This document shows positions 24,131 through 34,534 of a stretch of 64,000 bases of DNA, in pieces; position 1 is the first letter of the stretch; each line of letters starts with the position of its first letter. Location: NCBI RefSeq assembly GCF_001194135.2, contig NC_068996.1:18252654-18316653 (forward strand), read 5' to 3'. The notes under the pieces were generated by a model. It was not told the DNA's origin. It did not search any database and saw only the letters and a program-made list of their open reading frames with translations. The translations under genes and the position numbers were made by a program. The stretch comes from Octopus bimaculoides. Taxonomy: Eukaryota.

Positions 24131-24619
24131 GAACGTTTGTTGAATTGTTTTCCTATGAAGCCATTTTGGTATTTTTATTTTTGATTTAAAAAAAAAATTA
24201 AACTTTGTAAGGCTTTTGTAAGCTTTAGTGTTGNNNNNNNNNNNNNNNNNNNNNNNNNNNNNNNNNNNNNNNNNNNNNNNNNNNNNNNNNNNNNNNNNNN
24301 NNNNNNNNNNNNNNNNNNNNNNNNNNNNNNNNNNNNNNNNNNNNNNNNNNNNNNNNNNNNNNNNNNNNNNNNNNNNNNNNNNNNNNNNNNNNNNNNNNNN
24401 NNNNNNNNNNNNNNNNNNNNNNNNNNNNNNNNNNNNNNNNNNNNNNNNNNNNNNNNNNNNNNNNNNNNNNNNNNNNNNNNNNNNNNNNNNNNNNNNNNNN
24501 NNNNNNNNNNNNNNNNNNNNNNNNNNNNNNNNNNNNNNNNNNNAGAAAACGTAATACCAAGAGAAAAGCTCGGGAGCTTTTTCGAAGAATGAAATTTTCA
24601 ACAAAACAATATAGAAAAA

Positions 24620-25640
24620 TGCTTGACCCCAATATGGAAGGATGTAAAATATATAGCGAGGGGCCGAATGTATGGCACAATTGAGGCCAGATATGAATCA
24701 GAGGAAAGGGCCAAAGAGTACTCAGTGAGCCCTCTGAAAACGAAGGAGGTCGTGAAGTCAGCCCCAACATCACCAGTTAAGGGTAAGTAGAGCCCTTGCT
24801 TTTTTTCCTTGTTTTTTTTTTTTTTTGAGTAATGGCTACACTTAACCTTGGGTGTTTGAATGTGCGTGGTCTGAGCTCGAAGTAGAAGCAAGCTTGTTTC
24901 CTCGACAAGTACAGTCTATGTAGACCCAGAAGGTGCGTTGGTCGTCCTTGATGTGACATACAGCAGTAAGGTCTTCAAGTTGATCGGGATCTATGCACCT
25001 TGTGCTAGAGTATTTCAAACTGATTTTTTATCGGCGCCTAGAGAACTTTCTTGTGACGTCGAAGACATTAGTGATGTTAGGAGACTATAACTCTATCGTT
25101 GACGCACGCATCGATAGCATTGGCTCGACCGATAGGTAAGTGAACTCATGTCTCGTAGATCTGCTTAAGCGCTTTCAGCTAGCGGATCGATACAGGCTTA
25201 ACCATCTGAGCGTCCTGGAGTAGACCTGAATTAGTGGCGACGGAAGGTTCAAGTCTTACTTAGATAGGATAGTGATAAGAACTAGAGATAAGGCTAGTTT
25301 TAGCTGTCCACAGCTTGTCCAGGTGTCCTACACTGACCATAGAATGGTTAAATGTAGACTGGACATAGATAGTACAGTTAAGAGAGGATCCGATCCGGCT
25401 ATTGGAAGTTGAACAAGTCTATTTTGACTTGCGTGGCATACTGTAGCCGGATTAAGGAATTAGTACAGAGGGCGTTAACTGGCGCTGTGGTTAATAACCG
25501 ATGATGGTTCGCCCTCAAGAGAGCTATTCGTTTTGAGTAAATTAGGTTTAGCTTTCAGCTAAGATTAGATAAGGCCAGAATAAAAGGGCAATTAGTTAAG
25601 GACCTAGAGGAGGCGATGAGATTCGGCTATAGGTTAAGGT
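24620..25640 (+). mobile_element. Tx1/L1-clade LINE fragment (ORF1 end + APE endonuclease)
   Basis: MATLNLGCLNVRGL..., KLIGIYAP, LVMLGDYNSI, SYLDRIVI, YTDHRMV, GYWKLNKSIL, with stops. Confidence 0.8.
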
Positions 25641-26187
25641 GAGAAGTTTAAGAATATTATATATATTGGACTCAATATATATATTATGTACATATATATT
25701 ATGTATGTGTGTTTATACGTTTGTGTGTGCCACCCCACCAACATCGCTTGACAACCGATGCTGGTGTGTTACGTCCCTGTAATCTAGCGGTTCGGCAAAA
25801 TAGACCGATAGAATAAGTACTAGGCTTACAAAGAACAAGTCCTGCTTGGAATTAAACTCGGAATCTTAGTAGCCCGCGCTCTTAACCACTACGCCATATG
25901 CCCGTTGGCAATTATAGAGTGAATTTTAGGGCTTATAAACCCAATATTTTCATATCCTTTCTTAATACCGGTTCCCATATGCTATTCATATCTGCACTCG
26001 GTCTGCTTAGGAGGTTGTTGTGTCCTAGCATATGTGCTGCTTCTTTTAGTTTTCGTATTTTCCAGTGGTGTTCTTTGTCTGTTATTTTAACTTCATCCCA
26101 CAGGGGGAGGTGGTCTCCATTTTTTCATTCATGATCAGCTATACCCGATTTATCAATATCTCCTCGTGTCTCTTAAATTTAGAACTG

Positions 26188-26218
<31 letters not shown>

Positions 26219-26639
26219 NNNNNNNNNNNNNNNNNNNNNNNNNNNNNNNNNNNNNNNNNNNNNNNNNNNNNNNNNNNNNNNNNNNNNNNNNNNNNNNNNN
26301 NNNNNNNNNNNNNNNNNNNNNNNNNNNNNNNNNNNNNNNNNNNNNNNNNNNNNNNNNNNNNNNNNNNNNNNNNNNNACTTTTATTCCGACATATCCTGGT
26401 ATCTATTAACCAATTTATTTTATCCGAATTATTTATTACTAGGAGAAAATAAATACATATAATAAAATATATATATACATATATATTAGAAATATAATAT
26501 TTCTAAATCTCTCAGAGAGATTTAAGCAGTAGTGGAGCGATAAAGATGTAGTATATTGTCAACTTAATGTGACAATCCCAACAAGGGAATACACTACTGC
26601 CGTTTAGCCCTAGGAAGCTGGACCGCTTCCTGTCGGCCT

Positions 26640-27200
26640 TGACACAATTACTGTGTCCTTAAGTTTGCGAGGGCGTGACATCTTCCCAGATGTACATTGT
26701 CACTCCACCACAAGTCCTTTCTCTCCTGTCAGTTCGAAATGCAACATACCCTGGTATGTGAATCTCAGCATCTGATACGTCCACATTCAGATGTATTTCT
26801 GTTAGAAACATGCATATTGCTTGATTACATGCCACTAAGTCTCTCAGGTACTGTGTTTTACATTGTTGGGACGTTACGGGGCCCCTGATGTTCAACAAGA
26901 ATACTGCTGTGACATGTACGGTATCGGTAGTGGTCAATGGTCTGACATGCATAAAGGTATCAGAGATGGCCACCTCGGATCCTTTGTTGTTTGAGACGGT
27001 CACGGACACTAGTAAGTGTTCCTCATACTGGATGTCTGGTGAAGCCAGGTCAGCTGCCTTACAATCTTCTGCAATAAGAGTATTTGGCAGCTCTCCTTCC
27101 GCTAGGTTTCATGCGAGGAGCACTATTTTAATTTCCTCAATCTGCCAGTTTCTTTGAATTTTGAAACTTACGCTTTCTTTCGTGTAGTTTGCTTTGCTGA
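26640..27200 (-). mobile_element. CR1/L2-type LINE fragment (start of the APE domain)
   Basis: LLNIRG..K..YL......MFLTEIHL..VSDAEIHIPGYVAFRTDR..RTCGGVTMYI. Confidence 0.75.
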
Positions 27201-27264
27201 GGTCCATTTGATGAGATAAGGAGAGAGAAAACGTCGGGAAGAAGTGGTGGAAGATATAAAGGAG

Positions 27265-27314
<50 letters not shown>

Positions 27315-27565
27315 AGAAAGCAGAGTGACAGGGAGAGTGAGAGAGATGTAGAGGTAGTAAGGGGGACAAAGAAAAAACAGATGTAAAGGTAGTGAAGAGA
27401 ACAGAGAGAAGAGAGAAATATAAAGATAGTGAAGAAAGGAAGAGAGAGAGGAGAGATGCAAGGCAGTGAAGAAAAGCAGAGGGGACGTGCATATATAACG
27501 CGAGAGTGAGGAAGAGAGATACAGCGAGCGAGGAAAAAGACAGAGATAAATAAATCAGTAAGCAC

Positions 27566-27598
<33 letters not shown>

Positions 27599-28537
27599 TT
27601 TAAAAGGAGTAAAAGAGAGTGCGAAAAGAGAAAGAAGATATAAAGCAAAAACAGACTGATAATTAGTTCATATATGAGTAGTGTCCCTTTAATATCACGC
27701 AAAAATTGATTAAAAAAATTGAGAATTAAAATTAAATATCTTTTTTTCTAATGGATAAAATTTTACGAAACTTTTACCAATATATTCCTTTAACATTTCT
27801 CTTTCATATTAATATCGATATGATAATTCTTAACCAAAATTAAAAGAACGGTGTGGATTCAAAGTGTCAATGTCGGGCGTTACTACCCATCAGTCAACCA
27901 GTTTGGTCTATACATTTTTTCTCTTAACTTTCTTGAATGTTTTTAACTCCAATTTCTCGTAAATTAAAATCTTCATTGCATTCACTGCGGAGTAATCCAT
28001 TCTGATTTGCAAAGGCTCTCACTTTCTCTTTTAAGTTTCCATTCGCTGTTTGGAAAACCGACAATTTATTCTATTAATGTATACGTAATTTATTATTCTA
28101 TTAAAGTATACGTAATTTATTATTTTTTGAATGAAAAATTTTTAAATACCCGTATAATTTTTTGAACATAGGATAGCTGTGAGAAAAGCCTAGAAAGTTG
28201 GGTAATTACTATTAGAAGACAAGGAGAAAAAAAGTTACCGACAAGTACTCGAAACTTGCACCTTATTCACAGTTTCCAAATACTCTCTACCACTAAGCCA
28301 ATATATACACAAACATGTTGCACGAGCGACTTCTACAGTGTTACACACTCGCGCGCACACATAGATACACATACACACAAATGAAAGGCAATTAATGTGT
28401 GTGCGTGTGTGTTTGCTGTTCACTGACACAACTTCGTGCTGCATTAATTTTGCGAAGTTTTGTCAGTGAACAGGTTTCGGTTTCAAAGCAAAGAAAATAT
28501 TTTGGCACAAATGAAATTTTAATGTTGAAGTTAAACT

Positions 28538-28782
28538 GGTACTACTTAAATATAGAGGTCCCTTAACCGTACTACTTAAATACAGAGGTCCCTCAACGGT
28601 ACTACTTAAATATAGGTGTTACATACAAAACATTTTAAATGGACGTGTAAAGACACCCTAATCCTAACTGACCCTAAAACTAGCCCTAACCGTAACCCTA
28701 AAAACTAATCCCCCGCTTCATATCGTTACATAGATACATCGGGACCTCTGTATTTAAGTAGAACCGTGAAACTAACGGTTTC
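28538..28782 (+). mobile_element. Helentron-associated (HINE/DINE-1-like) non-autonomous element
   Basis: 2.5 tandem 30-bp units (28541-28615). The 21-bp CTACTTAAATACAGAGGTCCC (28572-28592) is exactly inverted at 28741-28761. CCTAAC/CCCTAA-rich core and terminal stem-loop AACCGT-GAAACTA-ACGGTT (28762-28780). Confidence 0.6.
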
Positions 28783-29039
28783 TGTGTGTTCTTGAATGGC
28801 TTACAAACATCTACGCAGCAATTGTTTTTGTTTCAGCACACGATCTCAGATCAAGTCACTGGCTATGCAAGTACATCTCCGTAATTTAAAAAAATCCTTG
28901 TGGATAAATGCCAGCAATGACCTTCGCAGGCTGGTACTTAACAATAGTTTTGAAAAAGTAAAAATGTTTTCTATGAACTGTGGTTTCAAGATATTTTTAG
29001 GTTGAATATATTCTACAGTTGTCTCTGTTGGCTCAGCTA

Positions 29040-29940
29040 TATTGGGAAAGACACAAGACTTTAGTGATGGATGGCGGTTTAGATGTTATAGGTTGTGGTG
29101 ACATCTTATGAGACTCCGCTCAGAAGGCTGTTATATTATTGTGGTAAGTAAAGAAAATACAAACACAGGGCTGGTGACTTTAAATATCTTTAATGAGGCC
29201 TCACATATATATACACATGCTGAACGGAAGTGGTTGATGTACATTTGTTCCTATCTCTACATGCATCTGCGTGGGTTGTATGTAAGCTGTTAATCCTGGT
29301 GAGAAGCTCACGAACAATGATGTAGGAACCAGTGCAGTGTGTTGGTGCTGTGTAGATGTTAACGACGTTGGTGAGAGACATCAGTGGTGGCGACAAAGGT
29401 GGAGGTCGCTGCAATGTGGTCAGTGGTTAGACCTTAAGAAAGTCTGAAACCAACTGACGCCGAACCTAGGAAGAGGTGAGCTTTTACAGTTGACAGGTAG
29501 GCTCAAATACTTATTTGGAACAGACTGTCTCACGTGACTTATTTGAAGGCTGCGATTGGCTGGGTTACATATTGGCGCGCGATAGAGTGAGAGACAAATT
29601 GCGCCAATACCAACCAATCGGAGTGGTAGATACAACGGGGTCCAAACAGCGCCCCGCTACGTTCGTATGTACTTTATATAAGAGAAGAAGCGCACTAGAG
29701 TTCGCTACAGCGGTTTGTTTACATTATTTTCGATCTCACTTTTGGCAGATTTTGGTCAATTCTCAGTGTTTTGAGAAGATTGATTTGGATTCACGAGAGC
29801 AAGTCATTTTTCTCTTAAAAAAGATGCTTGCTGGAGAAGTTGTTTCGCAGTAGAAGTGCTTAAGTTGGGGCAAGATTCGTTCCAGTACTTATTTTAACCA
29901 CTTCATACATCCGAGAGAAGGTGTCTTCACGGGGTTTTTC
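29040..29940 (-). repeat. LTR/pseudo-LTR-like promoter-bearing repeat, copy A
   Basis: Core 29529-29650 (CTCACGTGAC, GATTGG, TGGCGCG, CCAATC) aligns by eye with 31591-31715. Boundaries are approximate. Confidence 0.5.
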
Positions 29941-30081
29941 ATAGCATCGATGTAGATGTTGGTTTAGATGTAGAGTCCAAATAAAATGAGAGGAGTCTTC
30001 TCAAATAGCTTACCGTTGCTGTAGCGCTGTTTTCGTCGGTGGTGATTTTCAACCATAATCGTGTCGGCAAAATTCCACGTG

Positions 30082-30454
30082 GTATGTATGTATGTATGTA
30101 TGTATGTATGTATGTATGTATGTATGCATGCATGCATGTATGTAGGCAGGCAAGCACACACGCATGTATGCATGCTTGTATGCATGTATGCATGCTTGTA
30201 TGTATGTATGTATGCATGCATGTATGTATGTATGTATGTATGTATGTATGTATGTATGTATGTATGCATGCATGTATGTATGTATGTATGCATGTATGCA
30301 TGTGTATATGTATGTATGTATGCATGTATGTATGTATGCATGTATGTATGCATGTATGTATGCATGTATGTAGGCAGGCAAGCACACACGCATGTATGCA
30401 TGCTTGTATGTATGTATGCATGCTTGTATGTATGTATGTATGCATGCATGTATG

Positions 30455-30486
<32 letters not shown>

Positions 30487-30490
30487 CATG
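30082..30490. repeat. (TATG)n/(CATG) compound microsatellite with a ~228-bp internal duplication
   Basis: The block taggcaggcaagcacacacgcatgtatgcatgcttg occurs at 30143 and 30371. Confidence 0.9.
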
Positions 30491-30850
30491 TAGATGATAC
30501 CGTGATGACATTTTCAGACAACTGCTTATGGTGTGGGTGATATCTTCAGTGTGAACTCCACAAACTCTGCATCGGCTATCACACTTTACGGCTTTTCCTG
30601 CATCTCTATCCCTTTTGTGCATCAGGTACTTGGTTGATATTTCCTCTTCCTGGATTGCAAACGCATACCCTTCAGAGTGGGAAGTAATAATCCGGCTATT
30701 CCTCCGTGATAAACTGCTTTGATGATCAATGTTACTATCATCACGGGGCTTTCTACTAACATATCCATGCATAGTCTTCTGCTCATATAGGCTTGTAGAG
30801 AACGACCGTGCAAACCAAAGGAGAATGGCGACGGACGGAAGAAGCTCCTT
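30490..30850 (-). mobile_element. R4/Dong-type LINE fragment
   Basis: MHGYVSRK..SHSEGYAFAIQEEEISTKYL..DSRCRVCGVHTEDITHTISSCLKMSSRY. Confidence 0.85.
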
Positions 30851-31800
30851 TTAACGTGTCGCACGGTCGACAAAAAACAATGTAATATAGCATAAGAGGG
30901 CTCGCATGTGAGATGAGAGCAAATGCCAGTAAGGAAAGAAAGAGACGAGAGTAAGTTTATTAGCATAGTGAACTGTGTGTCTGTGTGTGTGTACATGCGG
31001 CAATATAAGTAACACAATATGTATGACGGACCGTCGTGTGAACAAGAGTGTTTAACATAATATGTGTGTGTGTGTGTGAATGAGAATGAGAGAGCATGGA
31101 ATAAGAGTCTGTAACAGACTTTAAGAGTCCTGAACACAAAGATAAGAAAGTACCAGTTCATAGAAGAGTTACACAGTAGGTAGAATGTCCGTACACAAGA
31201 GGTCGTGGCCGAATAGCAGATCTGAAGTGTCACATGTGTGTGAAGTTGAGTGTCGATGCTGCGACCGGTTACTTGGTACAGAAAATTCTCGCACGTTGTT
31301 CTGGCTGTTATTTTCGAGGTGGAAACAATCCACACAAACAGTGTTGAGACGGAACCACGGTTGTAGTTGGTAGCGTGTACTCTGGTGGTGGTGTTGGCGC
31401 TGGCCACGGGACAGTAGTAGACAGTAGATCGGTGGTGTTGACGTCGTCGCTGGAAACTGGCTGGAGCTGTGTTCTGTGAGATGGTCAACGACCAGACCTG
31501 TAATAGGTCTGAATCGAAGACAAACTGGCGTGGATAAAGCAAGACTATTTATAGATAAAAAGGGGCTCCAGAAACAGCAGGAAACACTCTCTCACGTGAC
31601 CTTAACAGAAGGCCACGATTGGTCGGTATGCACCCTGGCGCGAAACAGAACTGGCGACAAATGCCGCGCAAATAAGAGCCAATCAGGGTGATGGACACAA
31701 CAAGGTCCAAGCGGCCGAAGGCTAGATGTTAGCCGATACGTTATCATTCGTAAATAAATACCCGAGAGAGAGGTTTCATTACAGTCTCATCATTTCATCT
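30850..31800 (-). repeat. LTR/pseudo-LTR-like promoter-bearing repeat, copy B
   Basis: On the - strand the order is CCAAT, CACGTG E-box, then CTATAAATAG (~31547-31556). Homologous to copy A. Confidence 0.5.
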
Positions 31801-32038
31801 GATGATACGTTGCGGTAGAGTCGTGCGACTTCTTTGGGTATGTATTCTAGGTTATCAAACAAAGAATGTTGCTCAAGGAGCTGTCTTCCAAGTCATGTTA
31901 TCAGCCTCATGTATGCAAAATTGGTCAAGAGATGCACTTCGACACTTGGTGGTTAAAAGATGTTACCGAAGGGATATAATGCGACATGTATGTATGTATG
32001 TATGTATGTATGTATGTATGTATGTATGTATGTATGTA

Positions 32039-32085
<47 letters not shown>

Positions 32086-32149
32086 ATACACACACACACA
32101 CACATATATATATATATGTATGTATATGCACCTGTTATGCCATGTCCAT

Positions 32150-34310
32150 AGGTCCAATGCACCTATGATGATAGATATAAATGAGAATTTATAATCAAGG
32201 TACAAGAGCTGTAAGTTCTGCATTAATTCGCCATAAATGTTCTCTTTTCCCTGGTCTTTTGATAGTACATTCACATCTGCTGGACAACTGACCTCTACGA
32301 CAATGCATGACTTTTGTTCTTTTTCCCACAGAACATTAACAGGTCTGCTATGTTTGCACCGAAATGATGTTTTTATTGGGATGTTCCACTAGTATTCCTT
32401 GTTTTTTTTAAAGTAGTGAATAGTGGTAGTTCTGACATGCCTTTGATGCATACGTTAAAGTAGTCCTTCCTTTGGATAGCATTGTAAATAGTCTTTGCAA
32501 TTATGTCATGACTCAGGAGCATGTAGTATTTCGTAGACATTTTGGGGCAGCTGCTGATGATGTGGGTGATATCAACCGCACTATTATAGCAGAGCCGTTT
32601 TTTTTTCACAACGTGGAGATTTGATGGTATCTTTGCCCCTTTTGTTTACCAGGTATTTAGTGTAACTCTCTCCAATTCCTGGATAGCGAAAATTTATCGT
32701 TCTAGGTGGGCTGAAATGTATCTATCACAAGTGCAGGAGAGGCTACCCTTTTTGTCAACGCTGTTGTTACCCTCACGCTTACGGGATATGCACCCATGCA
32801 ATGCTTTTTGTTGGTATGATGCCTGCTTCTCTTCCAAGCTTCTGTTTATGTAGGCCAGTCCAGCCTCTTCTGTGTCGCGTGAGACAGTTGTGTTCTCAGT
32901 GTACCTGCACAGTAGTTCTTTTCCAGCTTTGAAGATGTTGTTCCTCTCCCTTTGAGTATGCATGGAATGTACTCATTTCTTTCTTTACTGTTCAGCAGGT
33001 GTATGAGTGATACAATGCAACATATCAAAGGCTGTTTGGACTCACCTTATGCTTCTACCGCTATCACTTTGTCTCATATAAATCCTATTGGTGTTGCTGT
33101 TAATGTGAAAGTTTCCAATGGTGGTTAATATCTTTCTGATTTTGATGTCCAGGCTGCGAATCTCATCGAGTGTCCAGTCTAATATCCCAAATGTTGGGAC
33201 CAAATGTTGATATTACAAAATCATTGTGAGATATGGTCTTGTTGAGTTCCATATTTTCCGGAGTCTAGAGAAGTACTCTGGCTTTAGTCACAACATCAAC
33301 GTATGCAATATTCTCATCGATTCCGAGGTAATTGTAGCTTTCATCAGTTGAGATAGGAAAGATAGACAAGTCGTTAATGTACATGTACTATGCTTGGTAG
33401 ACAATCTTTTCTCGGTTGATTATCATGTCTGAACATATATCTATCCCAAACTCTATTTCTATATCCCGTGAGAAGGTACTAGTTCTAACAGTCTCTTGAT
33501 GTTGATCATATTACCAGAATATATCTTTAGGTCATCAGCAAAAAATGTGGCCGGAGGTAAAGGACATGAACTGCATCCACTTTCGGTTTTTTTTTGTTTT
33601 GTTTTTTTGTTTTTTTTTTCTACAGAAACCCACTTTTTCGACTGCGGNNNNNNNNNNNNNNNNNNNNNNNNNNNNNNNNNNNNNNNNNNNNNNNNNNNNN
33701 NNNNNNNNNNNNNNNNNNNNNNNNNNNNNNNNNNNNNNNNNNNNNNNNNNNNNNNNNNNNNNNNNNNNNNNNNNNNNNNNNNNNNNNNNNNNNNNNNNNN
33801 NNNNNNNNNNNNNNNNNNNNNNNNNNNNNNNNNNNNNNNNNNNNNNNNNNNNNNNNNNNNNNNNNNNNNNNNNNNNNNNNNNNNNNNNNNNNNNNNNNNN
33901 NNNNNNNNNNNNNNNNNNNNNNNNNNNNNNNNNNNNNNNNNNNNNNNNNNNNNNNNNNNNNNNNNNNNNNNNNNNNNNNNNNNNNNNNNNNNNNNNNNNN
34001 NNNNNNNNNNNNNNNNNNNNNNNNNNNNNNNNNNNNNNNNNNNNNNNNNNNNNNNNNNNNNNNNNNNNNNNNNNNNNNNNNNNNNNNNNNNNNNNNNNNN
34101 NNNNNNNNNNNNNNNNNNNNNNNNNNNNNNNNNNNNNNNNNNNNNNNNNNNNNNNNNNNNNNNNNNNNNNNNNNNNNNNNNNNNNNNNNNNNNNNNNNNN
34201 NNNNNNNACCGAAAGGGTGCGGTCCATGTCCTTTACCTCCGCCTAAATATGTGGGTGACATTAATTTTATTCTTTTCTGCATATCCCAGCATGTAACTTT
34301 GGTATTTCGT
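32150..34310 (-). mobile_element. R4/Dong-type LINE, 3' ~1.5 kb (RT C-terminal half, CCHC, RLE), interrupted by a TIR element
   Basis: INVTHIF|FADDLKIYS, FSRDIEIEFGID, FGILDWTLDEIRSLD, DITHIISSCPKMSTKYY..HD, CIVVEVSCPADVN..KENIYGEL..PIIIGA-like segment. Confidence 0.9.
33549..34243. mobile_element. TIR DNA element (MULE-like), interior mostly N
   Basis: GGCCGGAGGTAAAGGACATGAACTGCATCC and GGGTGCGGTCCATGTCCTTTACCTCCGCC are inverted. Imperfect 9-bp flanks aaaaaatgt / taaatatgt. Confidence 0.65.
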
Positions 34311-34474
34311 GGACAGGCTGTCTGTCTGTATGTATGCATATAAGTATATACGTGTGTATGTATATATATATGTATGCATGTATGTGTGTATGTATGTGTG
34401 TATGTATCTGTGTGTATATGTGTGTCTGTGGTTCCTCCTTCTATACATACATGCATACATAATACATACATACA

Positions 34475-34508
<34 letters not shown>

Positions 34509-34534
34509 CATATATACATACATACATATACATG

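Noticed and set aside
28541-28615. Short regularly spaced repeats resembling a CRISPR array or telomeric seed
   Set aside because: The units are contiguous with no unique spacers, the context is eukaryotic, and the CCTAAC tract is irregular and internal to a mobile element.
29939-30772. 277-aa ORF and the many C/V/Y/M- or H/T/Y/I-rich ORFs in the track (also 59-455, 31802-32274, 33496-34638, 44543-45358, 51902-52466, 53855-54305)
   Set aside because: These are translations of TATG/CA/GA/ATT microsatellites or of N gaps, sometimes fused to LINE remnants. They are not genes.
31770-31830. Hammerhead-like fragments on both strands at the end of repeat copy B
   Set aside because: Each reading needs several core substitutions and has no convincing helix I.
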